A DNA stretch of 64,000 bases from Solirubrobacterales bacterium. GTDB lineage: Bacteria > Actinomycetota > Thermoleophilia > Solirubrobacterales > 70-9. The position numbers and the translations under genes are program-made. Each line of letters begins with the position of its first letter. Position 1 is the first letter of the stretch. The stretch covers positions 119-64,118 of the forward strand of contig DASTYZ010000037.1 of the NCBI GenBank assembly GCA_035764545.1, read 5' to 3'. This document shows, one piece after another, positions 17,571-28,919 of the stretch. The notes beneath the pieces are model-generated. The model ran no database searches. It saw nothing but the letters and a program-made list of their open reading frames with translations, and was not told the origin of the DNA.

Positions 17571-19019
17571 GTGCGGAACCTTGTTTCAGCGGTCCTATTC
17601 GGTGGCGCGGCGCTCGTCATCCTCCACGACTGGGTCGGAATCGGCGGCCCCGCGCTCGACACCGCGGTCAACGGCGTCATCTATGACGCGGTCGTCATCA
17701 GCGCCGGCCTCGCCTGTCTGCTCCGCGCCCGCCGCGGCGGCCCTGAGCGGGGCGCCTGGATCGCGATCGGCGCCTCGATCCTGGCCTGGGCGGCGGGTGA
17801 GATCTGGTGGACCCTCTACATCGAAGGCAACGCCGACGCGCCCTATCCCTCCCCAGCGGACATCGGCTACCTCGCCTTCTACCCGCTGGCGATCCTCGGG
17901 CTCTACCTGCTGGTCCGCGCCCGCGCCGGCGAGCTCGACAAGCGACTTTGGATGGACGGCCTGGTCGCCGCGCTCGGCACCGGCGCCATTGGAGCCGCCT
18001 TCCTCGTCGAGTTCGTCGCCGACCACACCGAAGGCTCAGGGGTGGAAGTCGCGACCACGCTCGCCTACCCCTTCGGCGACGTCGTCCTGGTGGCGTTGAT
18101 CGTCGGCATCATCGCCCTCACCCGCTGGCGCCCCGGACGGACCTGGACGCTGCTGCTCGGCGGCCTCGCGGTGATGGCCGTGGCCGACGTCGCCTTCACC
18201 CTGCAGACCTACGAAGCGTCGGTGCCCGGCGGTGACTGGGTCGAACCGATCTACCTGCTCTCCGCGGTCCTCCTCGGCTCCGAGGTATGGCAACCGGACG
18301 CCGACCGCATCCTCCCCGACGCCCGCTTCGACGGCTGGCGGGAAATGGTCGTGCCGGGGATCGTCGCCGCGGCGATGATCGCCCTCGTCGTCCTCCAGTA
18401 CTTCAGCCACGCCAGCGCCCTGACCACGGTGCTCTGGTCGGCGACGATGCTCTCGGTGATCGGGCGCCTGGCGCTGAGCCTGCGCGAGAACAAGCGGCTG
18501 CTGGAACAGGTCCGCACCGACCCGCTGACCGGCCTCGGCAGCCAGGCGCGGCTGCAGATGGACCTCGAGCAGCGGGAACGGACCCCGGGCGCGCCGTTGA
18601 CCGTGGTCCTCTTCGACCTCAACGGCTTCAAGCGCTACAACGACACCTTCGGCCACCCGGCCGGGAACAAGATGCTGTCGATGCTGGGCCGGCGCCTGAA
18701 GGTGGCCGTGGAGCCTCCGGCGACCGCCTACCGCCTTGGCGGCGACGAGTTCCTGGTGATGGTCAGCGGCGGCATCGTCTCCAAAGGAATGGAGGCTCGC
18801 GACGAGCTCGCGGTGAAGGCGGCGGAAGCGCTGACCTCCCGCGGCAAGGGTTACGAGCTCAGCGCCTCCTGGGGTATCGCTTCTGTCCCCGAGGAGGCCG
18901 ATTCGCCGGCGGAGGCGATGCAGCTGGCCGACGTGCGGATGTACGCGCAGAAGGAGTCGCGACGCCTCTCGAAGTCGCTAGGCCCGCTCGACCGCGAAGC
19001 TGTCGAGCAGCGCCACTAG
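17571..19019 (+). CDS. membrane-anchored diguanylate cyclase (GGDEF domain)
   Basis: 482 aa with about 9 N-terminal TM segments. The C-terminal part reads [12 protein letters not shown]...[22 protein letters not shown]...LGGDEF. GTG start. Confidence 0.85.
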   Translation: MRNLVSAVLFGGAALVILHDWVGIGGPALDTAVNGVIYDAVVISAGLACLLRARRGGPERGAWIAIGASILAWAAGEIWWTLYIEGNADAPYPSPADIGYLAFYPLAILGLYLLVRARAGELDKRLWMDGLVAALGTGAIGAAFLVEFVADHTEGSGVEVATTLAYPFGDVVLVALIVGIIALTRWRPGRTWTLLLGGLAVMAVADVAFTLQTYEASVPGGDWVEPIYLLSAVLLGSEVWQPDADRILPDARFDGWREMVVPGIVAAAMIALVVLQYFSHASALTTVLWSATMLSVIGRLALSLRENKRLLEQVRTDPLTGLGSQARLQMDLEQRERTPGAPLTVVLFDLNGFKRYNDTFGHPAGNKMLSMLGRRLKVAVEPPATAYRLGGDEFLVMVSGGIVSKGMEARDELAVKAAEALTSRGKGYELSASWGIASVPEEADSPAEAMQLADVRMYAQKESRRLSKSLGPLDREAVEQRH

Positions 19020-19583
19020 GACCTCGGTCACTTCGGCCCGGCTCTGCGGGCGCTCGTCGCGGGCGAGCAGCATCGCCGCCTCGTCGAGGGCGCCCATCAG
19101 CAGGTGGGCGAGCGGCTTCACCGGCAGCGGCCTGATCTCCCCCGCCTCGATCGCCGCCGCGACGCTCGCTTCGATCAGCCCCAAGCCGTTGGCGGCGCCG
19201 ATCTCACGCCAGCGCTCCCAGCCCAGCACCGCGGGGGCGTCGTGGAGGGCGATCTGGCGCAGCTCGGGCTCGGCGCACTCGTCGAGGAACGCCTCCACCC
19301 CGGCCTTCATCGCGTCCAGCGGGCTGTGCAGCTCCGAGCCGAGGACGACGCGGGCGACGCGCTCGGTCGATTCCGCCTCGATCCGCTCGTACACCGCCCG
19401 CAGCAGGCTCGCCTTGTCGCCGAACTGGTGGTAGAGGGCGCCGCGAGTGACCCCGGCGGCGCGGACGATCTCCTCGGTGCCGACGTTCTCGTAGCCCCGC
19501 TCGGTGAAGAGCTTGCGGGCGGCGGCAATCAAGGCCTCGCGGGTGGCTTCGGTCCTTTCAACCTGAGTACGCCGCTCAGCCAT
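18978..19583 (-). CDS. TetR family transcriptional regulator
   Basis: 201 aa with N-terminal HTH YENVGTEEIVRAAGVTRGALYHQF. Its 3' end overlaps the convergent GGDEF gene by 42 nt. Confidence 0.85.
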   Translation of the reverse strand: MAERRTQVERTEATREALIAAARKLFTERGYENVGTEEIVRAAGVTRGALYHQFGDKASLLRAVYERIEAESTERVARVVLGSELHSPLDAMKAGVEAFLDECAEPELRQIALHDAPAVLGWERWREIGAANGLGLIEASVAAAIEAGEIRPLPVKPLAHLLMGALDEAAMLLARDERPQSRAEVTEVLVALLDSFAVERA

Positions 19584-19591
19584 CGGAGCAC

Positions 19592-19619
19592 CCGGAAAAG
19601 CCGGCTAAGGCTTTTCCGG
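19592..19619. promoter_or_regulatory. perfect 11-bp inverted repeat, candidate TetR operator
   Basis: CCGGAAAAGCC-ggctaa-GGCTTTTCCGG lies 9 nt upstream of the tetR start, in the divergent intergenic region shared with the hydrolase gene. Confidence 0.4.
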
Positions 19620-19689
19620 AATTCATTCTTTCTGGATTTACGTTCATGCTGTATGTATGTTAGATGCTCAAACCGCGAAGGAGGCCATC

Positions 19690-20526
19690 GTGACTGACCA
19701 GCGCAAGGAAGTGCAACTGCCACAGGGACCAATCCGCTATCGCGAAGCGGGCGAGGGCAAGCCGGTCGTCTTCGTCCATGGCTTCCTCGTCGACGGCCGC
19801 CTCTGGGACGGCGTCGTCGATCGCCTCTCCGACCGCTACCGCTGCATCGCCCCGGACTGGCCGATCGCCGCCCACCGCGCCCCGATGAACCCCGACGCCG
19901 ACCTCTCCCCTCCCGGCATCGCCCGCTTGATCGCCGACTTCCTGACCAAGCTCGAGCTCGAGGACGTGACGATCGTCGGCAACGACTCCGGCGGGGCGAT
20001 GTCACAGGTCCTGGTGACGAGCTATCCGGACCGGATCGGCCGCTTGGTCCTGACCAACTGCGACACCCACGAGAACTTCCCGCCAGGGATGTTCAAATGG
20101 ATGCCGCCGGTGGCGAAGCTGCCGGGCGGGATGCGCGTCCTCGCGGCGCCGTTCCGGATCGAAGCCCTGGCTCGCCGCGCCTTTGCCCCGTTCGCGAAGA
20201 CGAAGATCCCCGACGATCTAATCGCCTCCTGGATGGAGCCGACGAAGACCGACAAGGAGATCATGCGGGACGCGGGCAAGGTCACCGCGGGGATGAACAA
20301 GCGCCACACCCTCGCCGCCGCCGAGAAGCTGCGCGGCTCGCAGCTGCCGATCCGGCTGCTCTGGGCACCGGGCGACAAGTACTTCCCCATCTCCTACGCC
20401 GAACGTCTCACCGATGAAGCCGGGAACGCCGAACTGGTGCGGATTGCCGACGCGAAAACGTTCGTCGCGCTCGATCAACCGCAGCGCGTGGCCGACGAGA
20501 TCGCGGAGTTTGCGGCTTCGTCCTGA
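19690..20526 (+). CDS. alpha/beta-fold hydrolase
   Basis: HGFLVDG near the N-terminus and a nucleophile-elbow-like VGNDSGG. GTG at 19690 is preferred because AAGGAGG lies 5 nt upstream; the track ATG at 19657 sits in AT-rich sequence. Confidence 0.8.
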   Translation: MTDQRKEVQLPQGPIRYREAGEGKPVVFVHGFLVDGRLWDGVVDRLSDRYRCIAPDWPIAAHRAPMNPDADLSPPGIARLIADFLTKLELEDVTIVGNDSGGAMSQVLVTSYPDRIGRLVLTNCDTHENFPPGMFKWMPPVAKLPGGMRVLAAPFRIEALARRAFAPFAKTKIPDDLIASWMEPTKTDKEIMRDAGKVTAGMNKRHTLAAAEKLRGSQLPIRLLWAPGDKYFPISYAERLTDEAGNAELVRIADAKTFVALDQPQRVADEIAEFAASS

Positions 20527-20629
20527 GCCGCTGAACGAACAAACGTTCCCAAACAATCGCAAAGTGCATATTTTTCGTCCGACGGGCGGGGGGAAACTTC
20601 ACCAACCCCCGACCCAGGACGGAGCAGCG

Positions 20630-20836
20630 ATGTCCCAGCAGATCTTCGATCAGGATCGCCCCCGCAGCACCATGGCCCAGCGCCTCGACGAAGCGTTCGC
20701 GGGTTGCGACGAGTGGACGGTGATCGCGGCTCACCGTCGCCGCAACACCCTCGACTTCAAGCCGACCGCCTCCCGCGCCGCCCAGATCTTCGACGGCTCC
20801 TCGATGCTGCAAGCCGAGGAAGCCGAAGCGCTTTAA
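20630..20836 (+). CDS. small hypothetical protein (68 aa)
   Basis: The ATG is preceded by GGACGGAG. No recognisable motif, and the coding status is uncertain. Confidence 0.3.
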   Translation: MSQQIFDQDRPRSTMAQRLDEAFAGCDEWTVIAAHRRRNTLDFKPTASRAAQIFDGSSMLQAEEAEAL

Positions 20837-20848
20837 GTTCGTCCTGCC

Positions 20849-21034
20849 TCAGCGGCGGTCGTAGCGCATACCGATGCGCGACATCTGGTCAACCCCGATT
20901 CCGAGGCCGAGCAACATCGCAGCCGCGGCGAGTTCCCCTCCACCGCCCAGCAGCACAACGGCAAGCCACCCTCCGACACTGAGCACGACCGTGCCAATTC
21001 CGGCCAGAGTCGTTGCCTTGCCTTCACTCATCAT
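20849..21034 (-). CDS. small 2-TM hypothetical membrane protein (61 aa)
   Basis: Gly/Ala/Leu-rich hydrophobic ORF in a locally lower-GC stretch, in tandem with a similar ORF. Confidence 0.3.
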   Translation of the reverse strand: MMSEGKATTLAGIGTVVLSVGGWLAVVLLGGGGELAAAAMLLGLGIGVDQMSRIGMRYDRR

Positions 21035-21043
21035 CTCTCGATT

Positions 21044-21250
21044 CTAGTCGGTTGCCGCAGACAAAACAATCACCATGAGGGCGATGCCACTCCCCCAGAT
21101 TCCACCTCGCACGGTCGCCCTTCTCAGCTGTTGCTCATCAGCACCCGAAAGAGCTGGGCGAACATGAGCAAGGAAGCCACCGACAGCGATCGCCGCGGCG
21201 GTCAGCCCGGCGGCGCTGGTCGCATAGCTCATCAAGGTCGCGACGATCAC
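21044..21250 (-). CDS. small 2-TM hypothetical membrane protein (68 aa)
   Basis: Hydrophobic ORF 9 nt upstream of the 61-aa ORF on the same strand. Confidence 0.3.
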   Translation of the reverse strand: MIVATLMSYATSAAGLTAAAIAVGGFLAHVRPALSGADEQQLRRATVRGGIWGSGIALMVIVLSAATD

Positions 21251-21269
21251 ATCGCAACCCTAGGCGGCA

Positions 21270-21294
21270 GATCCGCACACGTGGTGCGCGGATC
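21270..21294 (-). terminator. GC-rich hairpin downstream of the ETF-QO gene
   Basis: GATCCGCACAC-gtg-GTGCGCGGATC forms an 11-bp stem with one mismatch, 24 nt after the stop. There is no U-tract, so function is uncertain. Confidence 0.3.
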
Positions 21295-21317
21295 GTGCCG
21301 TTAGGCGAACAGCTTTC

Positions 21318-23021
21318 CTACGTCTCTTGGTAAAGCGGGCCGTCGCCACCCTCGGGGAGGGTGAGGCGGCCGCCCTTGGCGGTGATCGCTCCGCACTGGA
21401 CGCAGTTGGAGGCGGTGATGTGGACGTCGACCTCGGCCGCTCCGCTCTCCAGCTGGTCCTCGGGGATCTCGTAGACCTGGGCGGGGCACATCGAGACCCA
21501 GGTCTGGGCGACCTCGCGGGGGACGTGGGTCTGGACGCGGACGTGGTTGGGGGCGTCGTCGCGGGTGGCGTTGCCGGAGAGAAAGACCGAGTCGAGCTTG
21601 TTGAAGGTCAGCTCGTTGTCGGCCTTGGGGTAGGTGTCCCCCGCCTTGCCGAGGTCCATCTTCACCTCGGAGTCGTGCTCCTGGCTCCAGTGACCGCCCG
21701 GGAAGGCGCCTTTGGTGATCGTCATCGCCGAGGCGATCGCGCCACCCATGAAGAAGCCTTTGGAGAAGGGCTGGCGCATGTTGCGGGACTGCTTCAGGTC
21801 CTTCTCGATCATCGACTTGCGGACCTTCTCGTCGTAGGCCTCGAAGTTGACCGAGTCGATGTCCTGCTTGAGCGAGTTGACGATCGTTTCCGCCGCGTAC
21901 ATGCCGGCGTGCATCGCGTAGTGGACACCCTTCAGCGTCGGCACGTTGACCATGCTGGCGGCGTCGCCGGCGACGACCATGCCGGGGACCGCGAGGCGCT
22001 TCGGCATCGCGAAGTAGCCGCCGGAGGGGATCGTCTTCGCGCCCCAGGCAACCCGCTTGCCGCCGTCGATCAGCTTTTTGATGAAGGGGTGGGTCTTCAG
22101 CAGCTGCAGGGCGTCGTGGACGGAGAAAGTGGCGTCGGTGTAGTCGAGACCGGCGACGAGGCCGATGCAGATCTTGTCCTCGCCCATCGGATAGATGAAG
22201 CTGCCGCCGAACTCGTTGAAGCGCGGCGATTTGCGCAGCGGCCAACCCATCGTGTGGATCACGCGGTCGAGCGGCTCCTTGACCTCCCAGACCTCTTTGA
22301 CCCCGAGCTCCCAGCGCATCGGGTCGGCCCCGTGCATGTCGAAGTAGTCGTAGGCGGCGTAGGTGAGGTGGCCGACGGTGCCCTCGGCGAGGACGGTCGC
22401 CTTGGCGACGACGTCGGAGCCGGGCTCGAAGTTGGCGAGCTCCTGGCCCTCCTTGCCGCGGCCGCGGTCGCCCGAGCGGACGCCCTTGACGATCCGATCC
22501 TCGACCAGCAGTTTGGTCGCGGCGGTCTCAGAGAGGATGTAGGCGCCGGCCTCTTCGGCTTTCTCAGCGAGGAAGCGGCCGAGTTTCGAGACCGAGGTGA
22601 CGTAGTTGCCGTGGTTTTTGAAGTTCGGCGGCATCGGCTTCAACGGCAGCGCCGCCTTCGAGGTGAGGAGGTAGACCGCGTCCTTGGTTACCTCCTGGTA
22701 GACCGGCCACTCCTCCTTCGGCAGGTCGGGGAACAGCTCTTCCATCGCCGAGGGCTTCATGTTCGCCCCCGAGAGCAGATGCGCTCCAGCGACTTTGCCC
22801 TTCTCGATCACCGCAACCGGGACTTCGCCCAGCTTCTCGGTCAGCTCCGGCTCGTTCTCGAGCAGCTGCAGGAGCTTGTTGGCGCAAGCGAGACCCGCGG
22901 GCCCGCCGCCGACGATCGCAACCCCTACCTCGATTCGATCCTCGGGCGCGTCGGTCGGCGGACCGACGACGTCGTTGGAGTCGAATGGGGGCGGGAACTC
23001 AGCAGGTGCGACGGCGGGCAT
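21318..23021 (-). CDS. electron-transfer flavoprotein:quinone oxidoreductase (ETF-QO)
   Basis: 567 aa with FAD motif VGGGPAGLA and a C-terminal ferredoxin-like cluster CPAQVYE...CVQCGAI. Follows etfBA. Confidence 0.9.
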   Translation of the reverse strand: MPAVAPAEFPPPFDSNDVVGPPTDAPEDRIEVGVAIVGGGPAGLACANKLLQLLENEPELTEKLGEVPVAVIEKGKVAGAHLLSGANMKPSAMEELFPDLPKEEWPVYQEVTKDAVYLLTSKAALPLKPMPPNFKNHGNYVTSVSKLGRFLAEKAEEAGAYILSETAATKLLVEDRIVKGVRSGDRGRGKEGQELANFEPGSDVVAKATVLAEGTVGHLTYAAYDYFDMHGADPMRWELGVKEVWEVKEPLDRVIHTMGWPLRKSPRFNEFGGSFIYPMGEDKICIGLVAGLDYTDATFSVHDALQLLKTHPFIKKLIDGGKRVAWGAKTIPSGGYFAMPKRLAVPGMVVAGDAASMVNVPTLKGVHYAMHAGMYAAETIVNSLKQDIDSVNFEAYDEKVRKSMIEKDLKQSRNMRQPFSKGFFMGGAIASAMTITKGAFPGGHWSQEHDSEVKMDLGKAGDTYPKADNELTFNKLDSVFLSGNATRDDAPNHVRVQTHVPREVAQTWVSMCPAQVYEIPEDQLESGAAEVDVHITASNCVQCGAITAKGGRLTLPEGGDGPLYQET

Positions 23022-23032
23022 GGAGGCTCCTT

Positions 23033-24004
23033 TCAGCCCTTCTTGGCTTTGATCGCCTCGGTCAGCTTGGGGACGATCTTGTGGAGATCGCCGACCACGC
23101 CGAGGTCCGAGAACTCGAAGATCGGCGCGTTCGGGTCCTTGTTGATCGCAAGGATGTTCTCCGAGTTCTGCATTCCGACCTTGTGCTGGATCGCCCCGGA
23201 GACGCCGGCGGCGAGGTACAGCTTCGGCGCCACCGTCTTCCCGGTCTGGCCGATCTGGGCCGCGTAGGGGTACCAGCCCGCGTCAACCACGGCGCGGGTC
23301 GCGGCGACAGCGCCGCCCATCGAGTCGGCCAGCTGCTCGCAGAGCTCGAAGCCCTCTTTGGCGCCGAGACCGCGGCCGCCGCCGACGAGGATGTCGGCGT
23401 CCTCGATGTTGACGTCGGCGCCGCGCTGCTCGCCGCGCTGGACCAGCTTCGCCTTGCTCGACCACTCGGAGAGCTCGACGTCGACGTCGACAACCTCAGC
23501 CGTGCCGCCGGACTCCTTGGTGTCGAAGGCGTTGAGGCGGCCGATGATGATGCCGGGCTCGGAGACGTAGCCGACGTCGGCGATCTCGGAGTCCTGCAGG
23601 ATCGGCCGCTCGACGACCAGTTTCCCGCCGTCGACCTTGACCGCAGTGACCTCCATCGTCACGCCGGCGTTGAGGCGGGCGGTGAGGCCGGCGCCGATCT
23701 CGAAGCCGAGCAGACCGCCGCCGAACAGTGCGTAGGAGATGCCGTTCTCCTGGATGACCTTGGCCATCGCATCGACGATCGGCTGCGCCAGGCCCTCCGG
23801 CACGCTCTTGGCCCGGTAGACCTTGGCGGCGCCGTAGTTGCCGAGCGAAGCGCAGGCATCGTCGGCGATGTCACCGACCACCAGCGCAGCGGCCTCGCCG
23901 CCGACTTCGCCGGCCAGCTTGGCCGCCTCGGAGATCGCCCCGAGTGAGTTCTTGTTGAAGTTGCCCTCGTCGTCGTGGAGGGCGTAAACCAGAATCCCTG
24001 CCAT
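23033..24004 (-). CDS. etfA: electron transfer flavoprotein alpha subunit
   Basis: 323 aa with the C-terminal FAD-binding region PKLYLAAGVSGAIQHKVGM. Confidence 0.93.
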   Translation of the reverse strand: MAGILVYALHDDEGNFNKNSLGAISEAAKLAGEVGGEAAALVVGDIADDACASLGNYGAAKVYRAKSVPEGLAQPIVDAMAKVIQENGISYALFGGGLLGFEIGAGLTARLNAGVTMEVTAVKVDGGKLVVERPILQDSEIADVGYVSEPGIIIGRLNAFDTKESGGTAEVVDVDVELSEWSSKAKLVQRGEQRGADVNIEDADILVGGGRGLGAKEGFELCEQLADSMGGAVAATRAVVDAGWYPYAAQIGQTGKTVAPKLYLAAGVSGAIQHKVGMQNSENILAINKDPNAPIFEFSDLGVVGDLHKIVPKLTEAIKAKKG

Positions 24005-24796
24005 CTAGATCAGCTTCCTCTCGTCGAGCCAAGCGACGATCTTTTCGACCGTCTCGTTGGTGTCCTCGTCCTCGATGATCTCGCCCGCTTCCTTCGCCGG
24101 CGGCGGGTTCAGGCCGAGGACTTTGGTCTTGGAACCGCCCTCGCCGACCTGGCCGGCCTCGATGCCGACGTCTCCGGTCGCTTTCGAGTCAAGCGGTTTC
24201 TTTTTCGCGCCCATGATCGCTTTCAGGCTCGGGTAGCGCGGCTCGTTGATCGCGTCACCGACGCTGATCACGGCCGGCAACTCGACCTCGACGGTGTCGT
24301 AGCCGTACTCGGCCTGACGCTCGCAGCGCAGTTTGCCGTCGGTGACGTCGATCTGGATCACCTGGGTCAGCGAGGGCATCTTCAGGTGGTCGGCGACAAC
24401 GGCGCCGATCGTGTAGCACTCGCCGTCATCGGACTGTTGGCCCAGCAGGACCAGGTCGGGGTTCTCCGACTCGAGCACCTTCGCCAGCGCATAACCGGTC
24501 GCACAGACGTCAGAGCCGGACAGCGCGTCGTCGGAGAGGTGGACCGAACGGTCGGCGCCGAGGGCGACGGCCTTGTGCAGCGCGCGGACCGCGGAACTCG
24601 GGCCCATCGTCACCGCCACGACCTCCTCGACCGGGATCGCGCCACCCTCCTTGATCTGCATGGCCGCCTCGAGGGCGTGCGTGTCGAAGGGGTTGAGGTT
24701 TTTCTCGCCGCCGCGGTCCAGTCGCATCGTGCTTGGGTCGATGCGCTTCTGAACGGCGGCGTCCGGGACCTCCTTGACCAGGACGCAGATCTTCAA
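24005..24796 (-). CDS. etfB: electron transfer flavoprotein beta subunit
   Basis: 263 aa with N-terminus MKICVLVKEVPD. Abuts the etfA start. Confidence 0.93.
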   Translation of the reverse strand: MKICVLVKEVPDAAVQKRIDPSTMRLDRGGEKNLNPFDTHALEAAMQIKEGGAIPVEEVVAVTMGPSSAVRALHKAVALGADRSVHLSDDALSGSDVCATGYALAKVLESENPDLVLLGQQSDDGECYTIGAVVADHLKMPSLTQVIQIDVTDGKLRCERQAEYGYDTVEVELPAVISVGDAINEPRYPSLKAIMGAKKKPLDSKATGDVGIEAGQVGEGGSKTKVLGLNPPPAKEAGEIIEDEDTNETVEKIVAWLDERKLI

Positions 24797-24861
24797 AACA
24801 AAGCCTCCTTGGGGACGATTCTCAGGTCTTCGCGGGGCGCGATCTTAACGGCTCGCCGCGG

Positions 24862-24877
24862 TTGACTGACGAGTCAA
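24862..24877. promoter_or_regulatory. palindrome TTGACTgacgAGTCAA upstream of etfB
   Basis: Perfect 6+6 inverted repeat 66 nt upstream of the etfB start, in a 161-nt intergenic region. Confidence 0.25.
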
Positions 24878-24957
24878 TCAAGATGATACCCGGATCGGTC
24901 GGACCTATGCACCGATCAGTGTCGAATGTCACGGACCGCGCGCAGCGCGGTTTGCGC

Positions 24958-25380
24958 TCAGCCCTCGGCGTGGCGGGCGGTCGCCCGCTCCTGGATGAAC
25001 TCGACGATGTCGTCGGTTCCAGAACCGGGGGTGAAGACCTCGGCGACCCCGAGCTGCTTTAGCTCGGGGATGTCGTCGGCCGGGATCGTGCCGCCGACGG
25101 TGACGAGGACGTCGTCGACGCCCTGGGCCTTCAGCAGCTCGACAACTTTCGGGACCAGGGTCATGTGCGCCCCGGAGAGGATCGAGAGGCCGACGGCGTC
25201 GGCGTCCTCCTGGATCACCGTCTCGGCGATCTGCTCAGGGGTCTGGTGCAGTCCCGTGTAGATCACCTCCATGCCGGCGTCGCGCAGGGCGCGGGCGATG
25301 ATCTTGGCGCCGCGATCGTGCCCGTCGAGACCGGGCTTGGCGACGACGACGCGGATCTTGCGTGCGGTAGCTGCCTCCAT
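24958..25380 (-). CDS. cobalamin (B12)-binding domain protein, acyl-CoA mutase small subunit type
   Basis: Start trimmed to [13 protein letters not shown]. Contains the DxHxxG motif [13 protein letters not shown] and SILSGAH. Confidence 0.85.
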   Translation of the reverse strand: MEAATARKIRVVVAKPGLDGHDRGAKIIARALRDAGMEVIYTGLHQTPEQIAETVIQEDADAVGLSILSGAHMTLVPKVVELLKAQGVDDVLVTVGGTIPADDIPELKQLGVAEVFTPGSGTDDIVEFIQERATARHAEG

Positions 25381-25393
25381 CCGGCCCGGAACC

Positions 25394-26206
25394 CTAGCGG
25401 GGGCGAAGCCGCCGCGGGGGCGGCACCCGGCGGCGGGCGGCAACTCGCGTAGCGCCGAAGCCGGCGACCGTGGCGAGGAAGGTGACGGCGAGGGCGACGA
25501 GGCGGCGGCCGAGGCGCTCGAAGCGCAGCGTCTGCCAGCCCTCCTCGCGGGCGATCGCCGCCAGTGGCGGGTCGGGGTTGACGGCGACGGGGTTGCCGAC
25601 GGCGCGCAGCATCGGCAGGTCAGAGAGCGAATCGGAGTAGGCGTAGGACTCCCCCAGCTCGATCTCGTGCCGGGCGGCGAATTCCTCCATCGCCGTCACC
25701 TTGCCCTCGCCGTAGACGAAGGGGCCGTCGAGGCGGCCGGTGTAGCTGCCCTCGGCGTCGACCTCGTAACGGGTGCCGATGCCGCCGTCCATGCCGAGTA
25801 CGTGGGCGAGCTGCTCGACGACGCCGTTGCCGGCGGCGCTGACGATGAAGGTCGGCCGACCCGCGTCCTGGTGGGCGTAGACCTCATCCAGCATCTGCGG
25901 GAAGACGCGGGGCAGGATCGCCGCCATCACTTCCGGGCCCATGCGATCGATCGTCTTTGCCGGCAGGCCGCGGATCAGCTCCCGGGCGACTTTCAGCACC
26001 TCGGCGGTGCGCTCGTCGGTGGTGCCGCGAAGGCGGTAGCGCAGGTGCTCCCAGCCCCAGCTAACCAGCAGCCGGCGGCTGACGACGCCCTGCTTGGCGG
26101 CGATGCGGGCGAACTGCATCCCGCTCGACCCCGCCATCAGGGTCTTATCCAGATCGAAGAAAGCGGCAGCCCGCGGCGCGCTCTCGCTCGCGGGCTGCTC
26201 GCTCAA
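25394..26206 (-). CDS. HAD-superfamily subfamily IB hydrolase (SerB-like)
   Basis: 270 aa with motif I FFDLDKTL, a later SDSLSDLP, and a C-terminal TM-like tail. Confidence 0.75.
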   Translation of the reverse strand: MSEQPASESAPRAAAFFDLDKTLMAGSSGMQFARIAAKQGVVSRRLLVSWGWEHLRYRLRGTTDERTAEVLKVARELIRGLPAKTIDRMGPEVMAAILPRVFPQMLDEVYAHQDAGRPTFIVSAAGNGVVEQLAHVLGMDGGIGTRYEVDAEGSYTGRLDGPFVYGEGKVTAMEEFAARHEIELGESYAYSDSLSDLPMLRAVGNPVAVNPDPPLAAIAREEGWQTLRFERLGRRLVALAVTFLATVAGFGATRVAARRRVPPPRRLRPR

Positions 26207-26208
26207 GA

Positions 26209-27393
<1,185 letters not shown>

Positions 27394-27488
27394 CTACTGC
27401 CTTTCCTTTCCGAAGTTCGCCGACCTGGCCCCTGTCCGCCAGGTCCAGCGGGTGACGATACCGACAGGGCAACGTAAACTCGCGGCCG

Positions 27489-28919
27489 ATGAAGGTCGAG
27501 GTAAAGCAGGCGGGGCTGGCCGATTGCGGCGCCGAGCTGCTTGCGGTCGGGCTCTTCGAGGGTGGCGAGCTGCCGGAGGGGGTTGCCGCTGCCGCCGGCG
27601 CTGACGACGTCCGTCCCGGCTTCAAGAAGCTCTCGCTGCTGCGTCCCGACGGCTTCCCGGCGGTGCTCGTGGTCGGCCTGGGCAAGCGCGAGGAGATCGA
27701 CGCCGAGAAGCTGCGGGTCGCTGCTGCCGTCGCCGCCAAGGAGGCGGCGCGGATCGAGGCCGGCTCGTTGGCCTGGGCGCTGCCGGAGGCGCCCGAGTCC
27801 GCCGCGGCCGCCGAGGCGCTCGTCAGCGGCACGGTCCTCGCCTCCTACCGCTTCGACCGCTTCAAGTCCGGCGACGGCGACGATTCGCCCCGGCTGGAGA
27901 CGCTGACGCTGCTCGGCCCCGCCGAGATCGAGAACGTCGTCACGATTGCGCGGATCGCCGCCGAGGCCCAGAACCGGGCTCGCGACCTCCAGCTCACCCC
28001 CGCCAACGTCGCCACCCCGACCTACCTCGCCGAGCGTGCCGAAGAGATCGCCGCCGGCTCGGACTCGCTCTCTGTCGAGGTCCTCGGCCGCGCCGAGCTC
28101 GAGCAGAAGGGGATGGGCGGCATCCTCGCCGTCAGCCAGGGCGGGCCGCAGGAGCCGAAGCTGATCGTCCTCCGCTACAGCGGCGGCGGCTCCGGCCAGA
28201 CCCTCGCCTACGTCGGCAAGGGCGTCACCTTCGACACCGGCGGCATCTCGCTCAAGCCCGGCGCCGGGATGCAGGAGATGAAGATGGACATGTCCGGCGC
28301 CGCCGCGGTGCTGGAGGCGACCGCGGCGATCGCCGAGCTGGGGCTGGCGCTCGAGCTGATCGCCCTCGTCCCCACTACCGAGAACATGCCTTCCGGGACC
28401 GCGATCAAGCCCGGCGACATCATCACCCAGTACAACGGCAAGACGGTCGAGGTCAACAACACCGACGCCGAGGGCCGGCTGATCCTCGCCGACGCCCTCG
28501 CCTACGCGGTCGAGCTCGGGGCCGAGCGACTGGTCGACATCGCGACCCTGACCGGCGCGGTCGAGATCGCCCTCGGCTCGACCTACGCGGGCCTGATCTC
28601 CAACGACGACGACCTCGCGGCGGCGGTCACCGAGGCCAGTGAGACGACCGGCGAGCTCTCCTGGCGGCTGCCGCTGCACCCCGAGTACAAGGAGCTGATG
28701 AAGGGGACGGTCGCCGACCTCTCCAACCTCGGCAAAAAGCGCAAGGCCGGGACGATCACCGCCGCCTCCTTCCTCGAGGAGTTCGTCGGCGAGACGCCCT
28801 GGGCGCACCTCGACATCGCCGGCAGCGCCTGGGACATCGGCCGCGCCTATGTCGGCAACGAAGCCAACGGCTTCGGCGTGCGGCTCCTGGTCGAGCTCGC
28901 GCGCCACAGCGTCTCCTAG
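27489..28919 (+). CDS. pepA: leucyl aminopeptidase (M17)
   Basis: 476 aa with VGKGVTFDTGGISLKP and NTDAEGRL motifs. Confidence 0.93.
   Translation: MKVEVKQAGLADCGAELLAVGLFEGGELPEGVAAAAGADDVRPGFKKLSLLRPDGFPAVLVVGLGKREEIDAEKLRVAAAVAAKEAARIEAGSLAWALPEAPESAAAAEALVSGTVLASYRFDRFKSGDGDDSPRLETLTLLGPAEIENVVTIARIAAEAQNRARDLQLTPANVATPTYLAERAEEIAAGSDSLSVEVLGRAELEQKGMGGILAVSQGGPQEPKLIVLRYSGGGSGQTLAYVGKGVTFDTGGISLKPGAGMQEMKMDMSGAAAVLEATAAIAELGLALELIALVPTTENMPSGTAIKPGDIITQYNGKTVEVNNTDAEGRLILADALAYAVELGAERLVDIATLTGAVEIALGSTYAGLISNDDDLAAAVTEASETTGELSWRLPLHPEYKELMKGTVADLSNLGKKRKAGTITAASFLEEFVGETPWAHLDIAGSAWDIGRAYVGNEANGFGVRLLVELARHSVS

Noticed and set aside
21301-22245. 314-aa minus-strand ORF overlapping the ETF-QO gene in another frame
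   Set aside because: It is an off-frame Arg/Pro/Gly-rich reading of a gene whose correct frame carries FAD and Fe-S motifs.
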